Virus record (IMG/VR): IMGVR_UViG_3300017774_007187
Location: 1-37,361 of that record
DNA: 37,361 bases
Reading direction: 5' to 3' (one strand)
DNA from: a virus
Taxonomy: Duplodnaviria; Caudoviricetes
The notes under the pieces were generated by a model. It had not been told where the DNA came from and made no database searches. It saw only the letters and a program-made list of their open reading frames with translations. Made by a program: the position numbers and the translations under genes. Shown piece by piece: positions 35,799 to 37,361 of the stretch; position 1 is the stretch's first letter; every line of letters begins with the position of its first letter.

Positions 35799-36895
35799 AA
35801 ATTTAGTAATTCTTCGTGTAGTTCTGATATATTATCAAAAGTTTTATTGTTTTCTATATTAAATTTTACTTTTAAATCTTCAATTAAATTATCACTTGGT
35901 TTTTGAATCTCCATCAAAACATCAGTTCTGCCCTTTCTTTTGATAGCATCATCAATTTTATCAAGTTCATTGGTTGTTATGATAAATATAACATCATTTG
36001 GCGTATAAATCCCATCCAATACATTTAAAATGCAAGAAAGTGATATTTTTACATCAGAATCTTTCTTTTCATCTTTCCTATTGATATCATCCAATAAACA
36101 ATCAATATCTTCGAATAATACAATTGATTTTTTGGGTCTATCAGAAATCAATGCAATCAGATTTGCATCTGTCATATCTTTTGATAGATTAACAGCCATT
36201 ATATCTCTTTTGGTATAGTTTGATATACCTAATGACAATGATGATTTACCTGTTCCTGGAGGTCCATAGAATAGATATGTTCTTTTATATCTAATACCAT
36301 ATTTATCATATTTTTCTTTTGAGCAATTAAATCTATCTAAATCTTTTTTAAGGAATTCAGATACATTATTATCAAGATAAATATTATCAAATGTCTTGTT
36401 TATAACCTTACCTGCACATCTAATTTCACCATTAAAGTTATAAAAGTATTTTATATATTTATTACCATATGTTATATCAACATAATCCATTAATTCTTTC
36501 AAAATAGACTTATTCCAACAAAAAATCATAAACATATGTTTATTATTCTTATATGGTGTCATACTATTTTGTATATTTTCAGCATTTTTCAATACTAAGA
36601 ACCTATTTCCTTTAAATTTAAAGTAAATAAATCCTGAGTTATAAAACATATTAACGTCAAAGTTATCTGAACTTATAAAATTATCATATAATGTCCTATA
36701 ATAAAGATTTTTAATAGAACTATTTTTTTCTGATAAAACAAAGTTTTGAAAAGAATAAAAGAAAAAAGAACTTTCTTCAATTTTCATTGAACAAATAATC
36801 CTATCTCTTAATGTAGTTAATACAAAAACAAAAAATTGTTTGAAGTAAACTAATGTACCTCCAAGAATGAGTGTTATTAATACTGTGTTATCCAT
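35795..36895 (-). CDS. BCS1-like membrane-anchored AAA+ ATPase
   Basis: N-terminal TM, GIRYKRTYLFYGPPGTGKSS, LFEDIDC, SLSCILNVLDG and TTN...IDDAIKRKGRTD. Confidence 0.85.
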   Translation of the reverse strand: MDNTVLITLILGGTLVYFKQFFVFVLTTLRDRIICSMKIEESSFFFYSFQNFVLSEKNSSIKNLYYRTLYDNFISSDNFDVNMFYNSGFIYFKFKGNRFLVLKNAENIQNSMTPYKNNKHMFMIFCWNKSILKELMDYVDITYGNKYIKYFYNFNGEIRCAGKVINKTFDNIYLDNNVSEFLKKDLDRFNCSKEKYDKYGIRYKRTYLFYGPPGTGKSSLSLGISNYTKRDIMAVNLSKDMTDANLIALISDRPKKSIVLFEDIDCLLDDINRKDEKKDSDVKISLSCILNVLDGIYTPNDVIFIITTNELDKIDDAIKRKGRTDVLMEIQKPSDNLIEDLKVKFNIENNKTFDNISELHEELLNL

Positions 36896-36896
36896 T

Positions 36897-37361
36897 TTAT
36901 TTTAAAAATTCAGGTAAATATCCAAGTTTTGCAATTATTTCTTCTTCATTGTATCTAATATTAATCTTTGTTTCAGGATGAACACATTTGCCAACCTGAT
37001 TCTCACCAAAAATTTGAATAATACCATTCTTATCACTTAAATCAAGTTCATATCTTTCTCCATGTGACTTGAAATTATCTAATACAATTTTCTTTATTTT
37101 CCAATCGTAGAATTGATTCTCAACATCTTTCTCAATGAGTGAACTAATTTCACTATCAAGTGTTAAAACATCATTAATAAAGTCTTCATTATGATTCTTT
37201 GCCTTTAAGAAACTAATGAATTCTTGTCTTACACTATCATTGTTGTTTAAATCAATAGTTTCATCAAATTGTTTAATCTTTAATGATTTATTTAAAATCT
37301 TTGATTTATCAAATTTAATTGTGGCGAATTCGCCATATTTAGATTCTAAATACTTCTTAAT
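36897..37361 (-). CDS. sbcC: SbcC/Rad50 N-terminal half fused to split intein N fragment (5'-truncated by the window edge, not in the ORF track)
   Basis: Hand translation: ...DWKIKKIVLDNFKSHGERYELDLSDKNGIIQIFGENQVGK-CVHPETKINIRYNEEEIIAKLGYLPEFLK-stop. The frame is open to the window end. Confidence 0.92.
   Translation of the reverse strand: MKKYLESKYGEFATIKFDKSKILNKSLKIKQFDETIDLNNNDSVRQEFISFLKAKNHNEDFINDVLTLDSEISSLIEKDVENQFYDWKIKKIVLDNFKSHGERYELDLSDKNGIIQIFGENQVGKCVHPETKINIRYNEEEIIAKLGYLPEFLK
36900..36986 (-). mobile_element. Split intein N fragment (IntN, 29 aa)
   Basis: Block A CVHPETKINI directly after the Walker A lysine, with a stop 29 codons later. Confidence 0.9.

Noticed and set aside
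1541-36218. Short overlapping track ORFs (e.g. 1541..1831, 2814..2996, 5781..5969, 8560..8751, 11951..12181, 12893..13207, 15732..15989, 19420..19782, 26059..26325, 29336..29566, 30038..30379, 30938..31258, 33032..33280, 36030..36218)
   Set aside because: They are antisense or out-of-frame shadows of well-supported genes, with no motifs or promoters.
1-37361. Stop-codon reassignment as in some Bacteroidota phages
   Set aside because: Coding density is nearly complete in the standard code, and TAG and TGA end genes at sensible boundaries. The one broken gene is a frameshift ending at TAA.
1-37361. tRNA, rRNA or structured ncRNA genes
   Set aside because: Intergenic gaps are short and AT-rich, and only terminator hairpins were seen.

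Overview
Very AT-rich, densely coding segment of a large tailed (jumbo/myovirus-like) bacteriophage genome read in the standard genetic code. The host is most likely Bacteroidota, judged from TAnnTTTG promoters, the lack of obvious Shine-Dalgarno motifs and D-S-x rich exported proteins. The left part holds accessory and replication genes: PurA, ParB-like protein, GH24 lysozyme, GIY-YIG protein, HARP-SNF2 helicase and a WYL protein. The middle holds late/structural genes: gp15-like tail terminator, M15A peptidase, NUDIX, permuted NlpC/P60, a tail-fibre cluster and a giant LamG/CBM-repeat protein broken by a 1-nt frameshift. The right part holds an SbcC/Rad50 (gp46-like) gene split into two ORFs about 5.1 kb apart. 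The halves carry an atypically split intein (29-aa IntN, about 129-aa IntC) inserted inside the Walker A motif (GENQVGK|S). Between them lie eight unrelated genes, including two glycosyltransferases and a gp55-like sigma factor, and no recognisable homing endonuclease. Other highlights are a Russian-doll nested arrangement of CBM-like half-domains, a 13-copy sense-strand CTATTTA(T/A/C)(A/T) putative late promoter, and apparent systematic GATC avoidance. All family assignments are from motif recognition by eye; no database searches were run.
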